Shown here piece after piece: positions 28,782 through 38,355 of a stretch of 64,000 bases of DNA (position 1 is its first letter; every line of letters starts with the position of its first letter). The stretch is taken from positions 62,001 through 126,000 of the IMG/VR virus record IMGVR_UViG_3300032245_001746. The stretch is one strand, 5' to 3'. The notes beneath the pieces are model-generated. The model saw only the letters and a list, made by a program, of their open reading frames with translations, was not told the origin of the DNA and searched no databases. A program made the translations under genes and the position numbers.

Positions 28782-29970
28782 AATTCATAATTTTAAAAAG
28801 AACTCTAAACAATATAAAGAACTTGATGAAATATTATTTAAATCAAAAAATGTTTATAATTCTGCATTATATGTTTGGAGACAATATTACATCAAAGAAA
28901 ATAAATTTATTTCTTTGAATGAAACTTATCATATAATAAAAAATTATGAATGTTACAAACAACTTCCTCAAAATGTATCAACTCAAACTTTGAAATTAAC
29001 ATTTCAAAACATTAATTCTTATTTCAAAGCAATTAAATCATATAATAAAAACCCAAATAAATTTTTAGGAAAACCTAAATTACCAAAATATAAAGACTCA
29101 ATAAAAGGTAGAATTATTGCTGTTTATACTTCAAGAGTAATAAGAAAAAAAGATTTTAATAAAGGAAAAATTCAATTAACAGGATTATCTTTTTCCATTC
29201 CAACAAAAATTGAAAATTATAATGATATAAAACAAGTAAGAATAATTCCTTCAATTAATTCTATTAAAATTGAAATTGTCTATAATAAACAAGAAAAGAA
29301 AATTAAGAAGAATAAAAAATTAGCTGCAATTGATTTAGGTTTAAATAATTTATCAACACTTTGTTTTAATGAAGTAAAAAATAAACCAATAATTATAAAT
29401 GGGAAGCCATTAAAATCAATTAATCAATATTACAATAAAAAGAAATCAAAATTACAATCAAAATTACATAACAATAAAAGAACAAGTAAAAACATATTAA
29501 AATTAACAGAAAAAAGAAACAATAAAATTAAAGATTATCTTCACAAATCATCAAGATGTTTAGTGAATCAATTAGTTTCTAAAAATATATCCAAGCTCAT
29601 TATAGGATATAATAAAGGATGGAAACAAGACATTAATATTGGTAAAAAGAACAATCAAAATTTTGTAAATATTCCATTTTTACATTATATTAATCAATTA
29701 AAATATAAATGTGAATTAGAAGGGATAGAAGTAATTTTAAACGAAGAGAGTTATACGTCTAAATGTTCTTTTATTGATATGGAAGATGTTAAAAAGCATG
29801 ATTCATATGTAGGTAAAAGAATAAAAAGAGGTTTATTTAAATCTAAAGGTGGAATATTAATTAATGCAGATTTAAATGGATCGTATAATATAATGAGAAA
29901 AGTAGTTCCTAATGTTTTTAACAAGGGAATAGAGGGTTTTGTGGTAAGTCCAAAAGTGATATCGCTTTAA
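28768..29970 (+). CDS. tnpB: TnpB RNA-guided nuclease
   Basis: AIDLGLNN (RuvC-I), IIGYNKGWKQ, EESYTSK, NADLNGSYNI (RuvC-III). Confidence 0.93.
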   Translation: MKLVEIHNFKKNSKQYKELDEILFKSKNVYNSALYVWRQYYIKENKFISLNETYHIIKNYECYKQLPQNVSTQTLKLTFQNINSYFKAIKSYNKNPNKFLGKPKLPKYKDSIKGRIIAVYTSRVIRKKDFNKGKIQLTGLSFSIPTKIENYNDIKQVRIIPSINSIKIEIVYNKQEKKIKKNKKLAAIDLGLNNLSTLCFNEVKNKPIIINGKPLKSINQYYNKKKSKLQSKLHNNKRTSKNILKLTEKRNNKIKDYLHKSSRCLVNQLVSKNISKLIIGYNKGWKQDINIGKKNNQNFVNIPFLHYINQLKYKCELEGIEVILNEESYTSKCSFIDMEDVKKHDSYVGKRIKRGLFKSKGGILINADLNGSYNIMRKVVPNVFNKGIEGFVVSPKVISL

Positions 29971-30253
29971 AAGAAGATATTTACATGTTTTCTATAACCA
30001 TCATGGTAATTATCCAAAAGATTCTGTTTATATTGGTAGAGGATCTTGTTATGGTAATCCGTTCATAATAGGAAAAGATGGTACAAGAGAAGAAGTTATA
30101 AAAAAATATATTGATTTGATAGAATCTGATGAAAAGCTTAAAAAGTTAATAATACAAAGATTAAAAGGTAAAAATTTACTTTGTTTTTGTTCGCCAAAAC
30201 CTTGTCATGGTGATTATTTATTAAAAATTTGCAATGAATAAAATATATAAAAT

Positions 30254-31030
30254 ATGAGACTCGGAATATGCTATATGGTTTTTGATGGCGATGAATTATT
30301 AGAATTTGCCATTAAAAGTATAAGAAATGTTGTTGATTTTGTATCTGTTACATATCAAAAAGTATCCTATTTTGGAAATCCAGCAGATCCTAATTTGCTT
30401 CCTTTGTTAGAAAATCTAAAAAAACAAGGATTAATTGATGAAATTCTTCATTATGAAACAAATTTAGGTATACATCATAAACAAAATGAACTAAATTTAA
30501 GAAATTTAGGACTTGAAGCTTCTAAAAAAGCTGGCTGTACACACCATATATCCGCAGATGTTGATGAATTTTATAAACCAGATGAATTAACTTTTGCTAA
30601 AAATTATATGGCAGAAAATGATCACGATTTTTCTGCTGCATATTTGTATACTTATTATAAAGAACCAACTTACTTAGTTTATCCTGTTCAAAAATTATTG
30701 GTTTCTTTTATACATCCTGTACATAACGAATATAGAATGGATGTTCCATATCCTACTTTTCCTTTACATATGGAAACCACTCGTAGATTTGGAAAATGTA
30801 AAAATTATCATATTTTTGATCAAAATAATTTTATGATTCATCATATGAGCTATATTAGAAAAGATATAAGGAAAAAATTTCAAAACTCCGATAATGCTCA
30901 ATTTTATAAAATAGAAAAATTTATCAATAACTTTGATAAATACAAATTAGGAGAACGTGTGTGCTTACTCCCTGATTTTATGAATCGAAAAACAATAGAA
31001 GTTGATAATTATTTTAACATAAAAATATAA
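30254..31030 (+). CDS. GT-A fold glycosyltransferase (GT2-like)
   Basis: RNLGL...ISADVDEFY (DxD), HHMSYIR. Confidence 0.7.
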   Translation: MRLGICYMVFDGDELLEFAIKSIRNVVDFVSVTYQKVSYFGNPADPNLLPLLENLKKQGLIDEILHYETNLGIHHKQNELNLRNLGLEASKKAGCTHHISADVDEFYKPDELTFAKNYMAENDHDFSAAYLYTYYKEPTYLVYPVQKLLVSFIHPVHNEYRMDVPYPTFPLHMETTRRFGKCKNYHIFDQNNFMIHHMSYIRKDIRKKFQNSDNAQFYKIEKFINNFDKYKLGERVCLLPDFMNRKTIEVDNYFNIKI

Positions 31031-31038
31031 GGAATATT

Positions 31039-31407
31039 ATGGGTGCAGCATCAGTAACAGGTAAAGGAATAGGATCTTCAAATAAATTAACCGTTAAAGA
31101 ATTAGCTATTGCAGCAAACGGTCCACAAATTTATTTTTCAGGAATAATAACCTCTGCTGGATCGACTTTAAGTCCTCCTTCAAGTCCTCCTGCTACTTTA
31201 AGTAGATTAATATTTCCTTACCCATTACCAGGAAGTTCTAGTAATTATGCAGTAATGTTAACTACATTAAATGGTGGATATGCTTACATTTCTGATTTAG
31301 ATGAAAATACTAATGGTGATTTTACTGGTTTCTCATTTGTAACAGAAGCAGAATGTGATTTAATGTATTTAGTTGTTAGTTGCGGTATGAAGCCATTAAC
31401 TATATAA
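31039..31407 (+). CDS. Hypothetical protein, possibly structural
   Basis: MGAASVTGKGIGS; AAGGA RBS. Confidence 0.65.
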   Translation: MGAASVTGKGIGSSNKLTVKELAIAANGPQIYFSGIITSAGSTLSPPSSPPATLSRLIFPYPLPGSSSNYAVMLTTLNGGYAYISDLDENTNGDFTGFSFVTEAECDLMYLVVSCGMKPLTI

Positions 31408-32029
31408 TATTTTGAGTTTCACTATAAGTATTATTTGTTTTTATTATTGTATTTGTTAATGTAAACCTTTTAATATCAATATTCATTAAAAATATATCTA
31501 CCGCCTTGTGTATTGGAAAAAAACAATCCATTATTTTTTTAATGGATTGTTTTTTTATTAAATAACCATGTGTCCCAGCCAACACATGTTTTGGATAATA
31601 AATTCCATGAATTTTATTCCCAACATATTCTCCTTCTTTACAACAATTAGTATAACAATTAATTCCTAAATAAAATATGTCCCAATTTATATTCTTAATT
31701 CTATTCATTAGAATATTATATTTAATATTAAATCCATCAACGAAAAATACATCATCTTCTAACACTAAACTTATTTCGGCATCATTCTTAATTATTTCTT
31801 CATAGATTTTATAATGACTAAGAGAGCAACCTATTTCTCCTCTTGTTAATTTGCAGTTATTTGAAATAATGTTTTTATTTTTTAATTCTTCTGAATTTAA
31901 ATCATTACCATTAATTGCTTCAATAAAATTATAATTTTCTATCTTGTGTTTTTTAAATTCTTCAATTAAATACTTTTTTCTTTCTGTATTTTTCTTTAGA
32001 TTTATTACATAAATTGGTAATTCTTGCAT
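31400..32029 (-). CDS. Glycosyltransferase family 25
   Basis: YVINL..ER, AING, GEIGCSLSH, LVLEDD, GTHGYLI, VD. Confidence 0.9.
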   Translation of the reverse strand: MQELPIYVINLKKNTERKKYLIEEFKKHKIENYNFIEAINGNDLNSEELKNKNIISNNCKLTRGEIGCSLSHYKIYEEIIKNDAEISLVLEDDVFFVDGFNIKYNILMNRIKNINWDIFYLGINCYTNCCKEGEYVGNKIHGIYYPKHVLAGTHGYLIKKQSIKKIMDCFFPIHKAVDIFLMNIDIKRFTLTNTIIKTNNTYSETQNII

Positions 32030-32318
32030 AAACTATTTATCACTTTTCAGTTCACTTTCAAAAAGTTTCATTGTACAATTAGTTGTTAAAAAATTTTTTT
32101 GAGAATTTACTATGTTTATTTATTTGTTGCGGTTTCATGGAGAAGATGGTCCTGAAGATTTAAAAGCTACTCTTGACCGTGAGCGTCTTATTACTATTTT
32201 TAAAATCAGACGAAGATCTTTTGTCGGAAACAACAGATGGAATACATAGTCTTATGGATGGGGCGGATTACATTTGCAAGTTGTAAAATCTTTATGAATT
32301 TTATTAAGGAAAATTAAA

Positions 32319-32732
32319 TTGTTTCAAACTATATTGAATATGCCTCAAACATTAAAAGCTCAGGTTTATGAACATAGAGCACCTACCGACGATTCAATTC
32401 GTTTGTATGAAGAATATCGCGAAAAAGCAATTAAATCAATTATTGATATAAATACGGAACATTTAAGTGTAGATAAAATTCAATGGATAATTAGAGACGC
32501 TCCTGAAATTTATGGTATTTATATTGATCTTGTCTTTTTTATAGATGGTAGAAAGTGTAAAGAAACTATTAAAATATCTAAAACAGAAATTTATGGAGAC
32601 ATAGAAAAACAATGTGAAATTATTACTAACCATATTTATAATTGTGTTATTGCTTCTGTTTCAAAAGAAATAACTTTTAGATTATTTAAATCTATTGGAG
32701 CAAAAATTTCAAATGCAATCATAAAAAAATAA
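32319..32732 (+). CDS. Hypothetical protein
   Basis: TTG start with AAGGA RBS; EHRAPTDDSIRL motif. Confidence 0.7.
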   Translation: MFQTILNMPQTLKAQVYEHRAPTDDSIRLYEEYREKAIKSIIDINTEHLSVDKIQWIIRDAPEIYGIYIDLVFFIDGRKCKETIKISKTEIYGDIEKQCEIITNHIYNCVIASVSKEITFRLFKSIGAKISNAIIKK

Positions 32733-32811
32733 AAAAAATATTAAAAATAAGACTAAATTTATATGGTTATTGAAAACGTAATTAGTACATTAATAAAAGA
32801 AATTTAACAAA

Positions 32812-33060
32812 ATGATGAAAAAATATTTTATAATTGTTTTATTTGTTCTCTTTTTTGTTGGATGTGCAAAAACAAATTTTATAATATTAGAAGTTCATCC
32901 AACATCTATTTATTTAGAAAATGAAGATGTAATAATTATAGAATCTTACATAATAATAGAACGTGATGGAGTTAAATACAAACATATTTGCAATACACAA
33001 GGATTATCTTCTGGAATGGATATCAAATTAAATATCAATAACTTGGAAGAAATTAAATGA
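32812..33060 (+). CDS. Putative lipoprotein
   Basis: KK + hydrophobic stretch + FVGC lipobox. Confidence 0.6.
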   Translation: MMKKYFIIVLFVLFFVGCAKTNFIILEVHPTSIYLENEDVIIIESYIIIERDGVKYKHICNTQGLSSGMDIKLNINNLEEIK

Positions 33061-34265
33061 TTAGAAGAAATTTTTTAAAAAGTAGTTTATTGTCTGTTCC
33101 TTTTTTGAATTTTTTAAATTCATTAAAAGAAAATGAATCTAATTTAAAGAAAAATAATAAATCGTGTGTTTTAATTTGGCTGGGTGGTGGTCCTTCAACT
33201 ATAGATATGTTTGATCTTAAACCTCATTCTAAAAATGCAGGTGAATTTAAACCTATTCAAACGAATGTTAATGGAATTGAAATATGTGAACATTTGCCAA
33301 AATTAGCTACTACATTTAATGATCTATCAATTATTCGTTCAATGAGTACTAGAGAAGCTGATCATATGAGGGGCAGTTATTATCTGCATACTGGTTTTAT
33401 TCCAACACCATCAGTTGTTCATCCTACTGCTGGGTCTGTTTTTAGCTTTGAATCTAAAACAGAATTAGATATTCCTTCTTTTATATCAATTAATCCAACA
33501 TCATTTAAATCTGGATATCTTGGTGTTAAATATGATCCATTTGTAGTATTAGAAGATGGAAGTATACCCAATTTAAACAAAAATTCTAACTTAAATAAAA
33601 AACTCTCTTTCTTAAATGAAATTGAAAATAATTTTATAAATTCTAACCGTGGCGATATGCCAAATTCTCACAAAGAAATATATTCTAATACTATTAATTT
33701 GATTAATTCAAATCAATCAAAAGTTTTTAATACTTTTGAAGAAAATGAAGATACAAAAATTAAATATGGTAATTCTTCAATTGGAAAAAGTCTTTTATTA
33801 ACTAGAAGATTAATAATGGCTGGTGTTCCATTTGTTGAAGTTAATTATAATGGCTGGGATATGCATTCTGATATTTTTAATTCATTGAAATTTAAATTAT
33901 CAGAATTTGATCAATCTTTACATACATTTATTCAAGATTTAAAATCTTTGAATATGTATAAAAATACAACTATTGTTTGCATGGGTGAATTTGGAAGAAC
34001 TCCAAAAATCAATCAAGATTCAGGAAGAGATCATTGGGCTAATGCATGGTCTATTTTGCTTGGTGGCGGTTCATTAAAAAATGGACAAGTTTTAGGAAAA
34101 ACATCAAAAGATGGTACACTAGTTGAAGAAAGTCCATATAATGCTGGCAATGTTTGGTCTACTGTTTCTAAATCGATGGGAATTGAGATTAATACTCATA
34201 CATCAAAAAATGGTCGTCCAATGAAAATGTTTAATGGTGACAATTTTATTGAATCATTATTTTAA
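33057..34265 (+). CDS. DUF1501 family protein with Tat signal
   Basis: RRNFLK; IWLGGGPSTIDMFDLKP; GWDMH; MGEFGRTPKIN..GRDHW. Confidence 0.92.
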   Translation: MIRRNFLKSSLLSVPFLNFLNSLKENESNLKKNNKSCVLIWLGGGPSTIDMFDLKPHSKNAGEFKPIQTNVNGIEICEHLPKLATTFNDLSIIRSMSTREADHMRGSYYLHTGFIPTPSVVHPTAGSVFSFESKTELDIPSFISINPTSFKSGYLGVKYDPFVVLEDGSIPNLNKNSNLNKKLSFLNEIENNFINSNRGDMPNSHKEIYSNTINLINSNQSKVFNTFEENEDTKIKYGNSSIGKSLLLTRRLIMAGVPFVEVNYNGWDMHSDIFNSLKFKLSEFDQSLHTFIQDLKSLNMYKNTTIVCMGEFGRTPKINQDSGRDHWANAWSILLGGGSLKNGQVLGKTSKDGTLVEESPYNAGNVWSTVSKSMGIEINTHTSKNGRPMKMFNGDNFIESLF

Positions 34266-34278
34266 TAAGGAATTTTAA

Positions 34279-34431
34279 ATGTCAGGACAAAATGGTAAAG
34301 GTGATTCTCCAAGACCAAAGTCTATTTCAAATGAACAATTCCAAAATAATTGGAATAATATTTTTAAAAAAAACAAAAAAATAAATAAAACAAAACATGA
34401 TAGAATCATAAAAAATAATAAAGAAATTTAA
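34279..34431 (+). CDS. 50-aa hypothetical protein
   Basis: Manual translation MSGQNGKGDSPRPKSISNEQFQNNWNNIFKK...; AAGGA RBS. Confidence 0.65.
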   Translation: MSGQNGKGDSPRPKSISNEQFQNNWNNIFKKNKKINKTKHDRIIKNNKEI

Positions 34432-34433
34432 TT

Positions 34434-34847
34434 ATGAATATTTTATATTGTAAAAATAGAAAAGCTTTTCATGATTATGAAATTATAGAAACCTATGAGG
34501 CTGGTATTGTTTTGTTTGGATCTGAAGTTAAAGAAATAAAAAATAACAAAAGTTCTTTAGATGGATCTTTTGCTATTATTAACGATAATGTTGTAAAACT
34601 TTTAAATTTCAAAATGGGCAATTTAGAAAATAGAGAGATAATTTTACTTTTAAATAAAAAAGAAATTTATAATATACAAAAAGAATTAGTTAAAGGTTAT
34701 TCGTTAATACCACTTGTTGTATATTATACAAATAATTATATTAAATTAGAAATTGCTCTTTGTAAAGGTTTAAAGAAATTTGATAAAAGACAAGTTTTAA
34801 AAGATAAAGATTTAATTAAATCGGAATCATCTAAAATTAAACTTTAA
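34434..34847 (+). CDS. smpB: SsrA-binding protein SmpB
   Basis: NRKAFHDYEIIETYEAGIVLFGSEVK, LLLNKKEI, KG.KKFDKR. Confidence 0.92.
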   Translation: MNILYCKNRKAFHDYEIIETYEAGIVLFGSEVKEIKNNKSSLDGSFAIINDNVVKLLNFKMGNLENREIILLLNKKEIYNIQKELVKGYSLIPLVVYYTNNYIKLEIALCKGLKKFDKRQVLKDKDLIKSESSKIKL

Positions 34848-35005
34848 TAAGTATAAATATATTTAAACTTAATTAAAGGATTAATTATGAGTAATTATAA
34901 AAAATTTGAATCAATTATTAAAGGATTAAAGTTGGGAGTCATAGGAATTATTTTAATTAAAGTAATTAAAGTAATAATATGTGCTTTATTTGGTTTTTGT
35001 GTAAT

Positions 35006-35197
35006 TTAAGACTTCTTCTTTTTTCGTTTCTTGCGTTTTTTTGCAATTTTCCTAGAATAAGCCAAGTAAGGATTTGATTGTCCACCATAAAGTGGCGGAT
35101 AATTTCCTATACCTCCATATCCAATAGGATATACGCCTGTTATATCTTCTAAACCTTCACCTATTTTATCTTTTAACCATTCTTGAAAACTTTTCAT
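35006..35197 (-). CDS. Small basic protein with capsid-targeting-like N-terminus
   Basis: MKSFQEWL; poly-Lys/Arg C-terminus; TAAATA upstream. Confidence 0.7.
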   Translation of the reverse strand: MKSFQEWLKDKIGEGLEDITGVYPIGYGGIGNYPPLYGGQSNPYLAYSRKIAKKRKKRKKKKS

Positions 35198-35228
35198 TAC
35201 TTATTTACTTTTTTAAGGACTTTTTTTA

Positions 35229-35960
35229 ATGTTTAATTCTGAATTAATTTTGAATGCTTTTTCTAAATTTGCTTTTTTAGAAATGTATAGCTTTTTTTGG
35301 TTTGTTTATATAGTAGGATTTGTTTGGTTGTTAGCCAAACTTGTAGATGAAGCATATTACACAAGTTCGTTTTTTACTTTACTTTTTGGGGTTTTAGCTT
35401 TAGACTTTTTAGGCAACACTCCAATATTATATTTTATACTTCAGTATAAATATTTTCTGTTTTTATTGGTTCCAATTTATTTAATTGCTGGATCTGTTTG
35501 GGGCTTATTAAAATGGCGATTTTATATCTCTGATTGTTTTAATAAATTTATAGCCTCTAAAGAAGAATATTGTGAAAAAAATGGTATTAATGAAATTTCT
35601 AATTCTGAATTTTTATCTAAATCATATGATTACGTCTCTTACCAGAAAGAAATACCTAGTTATATAAATAGAATTGCTGGGACAGCGTCCAGAGGAAAAA
35701 CAGAATACACATATGTTGTCAGACCTTATGCTTATAAACACAAATCTTTAATTTTGTCTTGGATGATTTATTGGCCATTTTCTCTCGTTTCGACTTTGTT
35801 GTACGACTCAGTTGCTGCTACATTTAACTATATGAAAGTAAAATTTATATCAATTAGAAATAGTTTAATGCAAAGAATGGAAATTGTTTCTATCAATAAA
35901 TTCAAGTCAATTCAAGATGAAATTGATAATGCTAAACAAGAATCCAAAAAATTTGAATAA
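35229..35960 (+). CDS. Membrane protein
   Basis: Several hydrophobic segments; WMIYWPFS. Confidence 0.7.
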   Translation: MFNSELILNAFSKFAFLEMYSFFWFVYIVGFVWLLAKLVDEAYYTSSFFTLLFGVLALDFLGNTPILYFILQYKYFLFLLVPIYLIAGSVWGLLKWRFYISDCFNKFIASKEEYCEKNGINEISNSEFLSKSYDYVSYQKEIPSYINRIAGTASRGKTEYTYVVRPYAYKHKSLILSWMIYWPFSLVSTLLYDSVAATFNYMKVKFISIRNSLMQRMEIVSINKFKSIQDEIDNAKQESKKFE

Positions 35961-35962
35961 TT

Positions 35963-36007
35963 TTTATAATAGTACGCAAAAAAATGTTTTTTGCGTACTA
36001 TTATAAA
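35963..36007. repeat. Perfect 21-bp inverted repeat
   Basis: TTTATAATAGTACGCAAAAAA-ATG-TTTTTTGCGTACTATTATAAA. Confidence 0.9.
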
Positions 36008-36066
36008 GTGCGAAATTAGTCGCGTAGTTTTTTATTGCACAAATAGGTGCGAAGAAGGAGAAATTT

Positions 36067-36969
36067 ATGGAAAAAATTAATACTGTAGTTGCATTAATTG
36101 AAGAGCATAATAAATTAATGCAAGATGATTTGAAAATTAATGTAGAGTTATTTAAAAGAAAACTCTCGCTTATTGGTGGGACATCTGATGAACGATGTAA
36201 AGGCTTATCCCACGAAGAAATAACAGAATGCTTTGTCCCAATTGATGGGATTTATCCTAAACTTCTAATAAAAGAAATAGCAAAAATATTTAGAGGTAAA
36301 GAAGATTCAGGTTACGCTACATCAAATTCTTCTTTAAAAGAAAAAAAATATTTATCTAGCAAAGATGTTTCTAAAATGTCAACTAGAGAATTGGTGGAAA
36401 ACTATTCTGTTGATGAACCTGAAAGTAATGTAACTAAAAGATTAAAAGAGATTTCAAAAGGAATGAAATGTGTAGTATTTAAAAACAAACTACCTGATGT
36501 TGAAAAAACATTTCTTCTTATTCAAGAGATAATTAAAAATTATCCAGAAAGAAAATTCTTTGTTGAAGGCAATGAAGTTTATGAAACCTATAAAATTGGT
36601 GATAATCCATATGATTTAGTTGATGAAAATCCAATTTATGTTAATAGACCTCTAAGACTTGATGAATCTTGTGATCAAACTGGTCGTTCTTGGAATGGTG
36701 TTTCAACAGAAATAAGACAATTTGTAAGATTAATTAGTGTTACTATTGGAAATGTTAATCTTGAAACGGCTCATAAATTAATTGATTATGCTATATCTGC
36801 TGATCCTATAAAAACATTATCAATGTATTACCCTGCTGCTAAATTAGAGTTTAATAGACTTAAAGATAGTGGTGATTTACCGAAATTAAAAATTTCATTA
36901 TCTAATAAAGTTCCATCTTTATATAAAAATATAAATAATGGTACTAAAGTAGAATTAAAAAAAAATTAA
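36067..36969 (+). CDS. Hypothetical protein
   Basis: 300-aa ORF, AAGGAG RBS. Confidence 0.75.
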   Translation: MEKINTVVALIEEHNKLMQDDLKINVELFKRKLSLIGGTSDERCKGLSHEEITECFVPIDGIYPKLLIKEIAKIFRGKEDSGYATSNSSLKEKKYLSSKDVSKMSTRELVENYSVDEPESNVTKRLKEISKGMKCVVFKNKLPDVEKTFLLIQEIIKNYPERKFFVEGNEVYETYKIGDNPYDLVDENPIYVNRPLRLDESCDQTGRSWNGVSTEIRQFVRLISVTIGNVNLETAHKLIDYAISADPIKTLSMYYPAAKLEFNRLKDSGDLPKLKISLSNKVPSLYKNINNGTKVELKKN

Positions 36970-37050
36970 CAAACAAACCTAGTTTAAATAAGCCAAATTA
37001 CAATTTTTTAAAAAATTTATTTCTAAAAGGAAATAGAAGGGAATTAATAT

Positions 37051-37893
37051 ATGAGCGATAAAACAACATATGTGTCTATAATTTTAGATAAAAGTGGATC
37101 TATGTCTGCTGCTGCCAACGGAGCAGTAGCTAATTTTAATGAACAAATTCAACAAATGAAACAAAACTCTGATACTCAAAAGATTTTTTGTTCATTAATT
37201 ACATTTAATGGAAATGTTTATGAAAACTGTTGGAATGAAACAGCTTCCTCAATTGAGGAAGCTGAATTAAATACATTTCATCCTTGTGGATCAACTGCTT
37301 TATTTGATGCAATTGGTTATACAATTTCAAAAATGAAAAAGAGCACAAAGGACGACACATCAGATAAAGCTTATTTGGTAATAATTATATCTGATGGTGA
37401 AGAAAATGCCTCTTCTCATTATGATCAAACTTCAATTGGACAGCTTATTTCTTCTTGTAAAGAAGAAGGTAATTGGACATTTACTTATTTAGGATGTGAC
37501 GAACGTTATATTAAAAATATAGCAAAATCGTTGAACATAGCAGCGGCAGACTGTGCAGTATGGAGTAATCAGACTGATGAATCTGCTTATACATCATTAA
37601 GATGTTCTTCTGATGCAATTGGTTCATATTACACAGAAAGAGCAAGGGGTGTCAAATCACTCACAGGTTTGCATTCTAATGATGGTGATATTGCTAATTA
37701 TGCAGAATCTGTTTTAAAATATGATCCTCAAAATTCAACAAGTTCTGTTGCATCTTTCAATAATCAAGTTTCAATTTGTTCTGTTAGTAATCCTACTTAC
37801 ACAAATAAATCTGTTACAAGATCTATTAATAAAACTAAATCAACTTCATCTAAAAAATCAATATTCGAAACGTCGACGGCTGTTAAATTTTAA
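37051..37893 (+). CDS. von Willebrand factor A domain protein
   Basis: MIDAS DKSGS, T (GSTALFDAI), D (ISDGEENAS). Confidence 0.9.
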   Translation: MSDKTTYVSIILDKSGSMSAAANGAVANFNEQIQQMKQNSDTQKIFCSLITFNGNVYENCWNETASSIEEAELNTFHPCGSTALFDAIGYTISKMKKSTKDDTSDKAYLVIIISDGEENASSHYDQTSIGQLISSCKEEGNWTFTYLGCDERYIKNIAKSLNIAAADCAVWSNQTDESAYTSLRCSSDAIGSYYTERARGVKSLTGLHSNDGDIANYAESVLKYDPQNSTSSVASFNNQVSICSVSNPTYTNKSVTRSINKTKSTSSKKSIFETSTAVKF

Positions 37894-37914
37894 ATAAAAT
37901 TTAATAATTTTTAT

Positions 37915-37952
37915 AAAAAACCCACTTAAAATTAATTTTAAGTGGGTTTTTT
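37915..37952. terminator. Bidirectional terminator
   Basis: AAAAAACCCACTTAAAA/TTTTAAGTGGGTTTTTT between convergent genes. Confidence 0.85.
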
Positions 37953-38314
37953 TATTTAATATTGATATTGAATTTAAAATTAGGTTCACATCTTCTTCTT
38001 CCTTCTCTATATCCTGCTTCATAATGTGGAGAATTTAAAAAATTTACATTTTTTTCTCTTCCTCTTACGCCATCTTCATAACCTAATTGATATAATCTTC
38101 TTTCTTCTATTGAATAATTTGGAACATTTTGTACTGGTGGATTTACAATAACTGGGGGCTGCACTGGTGGATTTATAATAACTGGTGGTTGAATTGGGTT
38201 TGGACTTACAATCACTGGTGGTTGAGTGTTTTTATTTTCATTTGATTGTAAAAAAAACATCATACCACAAAAAATTATTAAACACACTGCAAGTAATCCT
38301 GATGAATTATTCAT
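37952..38314 (-). CDS. Membrane-anchored protein with QPPVIxNPP repeats
   Basis: N-terminal TM, Pro-rich repeats, Y..GY..G repeats. Confidence 0.7.
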   Translation of the reverse strand: MNNSSGLLAVCLIIFCGMMFFLQSNENKNTQPPVIVSPNPIQPPVIINPPVQPPVIVNPPVQNVPNYSIEERRLYQLGYEDGVRGREKNVNFLNSPHYEAGYREGRRRCEPNFKFNINIK

Positions 38315-38355
38315 TTTTTTATTCCTTTTTTATATATCTTAAATATATAGTAAGT

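Larger units (their letters stand above)
28135..30001 (+). mobile_element. IS607-family insertion sequence
   Basis: Serine recombinase tnpA overlapping tnpB; CAT at both junctions (28132-34, 29999-30001); ends defined by the interrupted gene. Confidence 0.92.
28108..30241 (+). pseudogene. DUF4326 gene split by IS607 (parts 28108-28134 and 30002-30241)
   Basis: MIIKVYNKH joined to HGNYPKDSVYIGRGSCYGNPF...LKGKNLLCFCSPKPCHGDYL gives an in-frame 89-aa protein with DUF4326 motifs. Confidence 0.85.

Noticed and set aside
28135-30001. IStron (group I intron-IS607 hybrid) that could splice out and restore DUF4326
   Set aside because: Only 65 AT-rich nt precede tnpA, leaving no room for a group I core, and the element does not end in G.
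32112-32297. Possible frameshifted gene remnant
   Set aside because: Coding-like fragments in three frames but no recognisable family; cannot be supported without a search.
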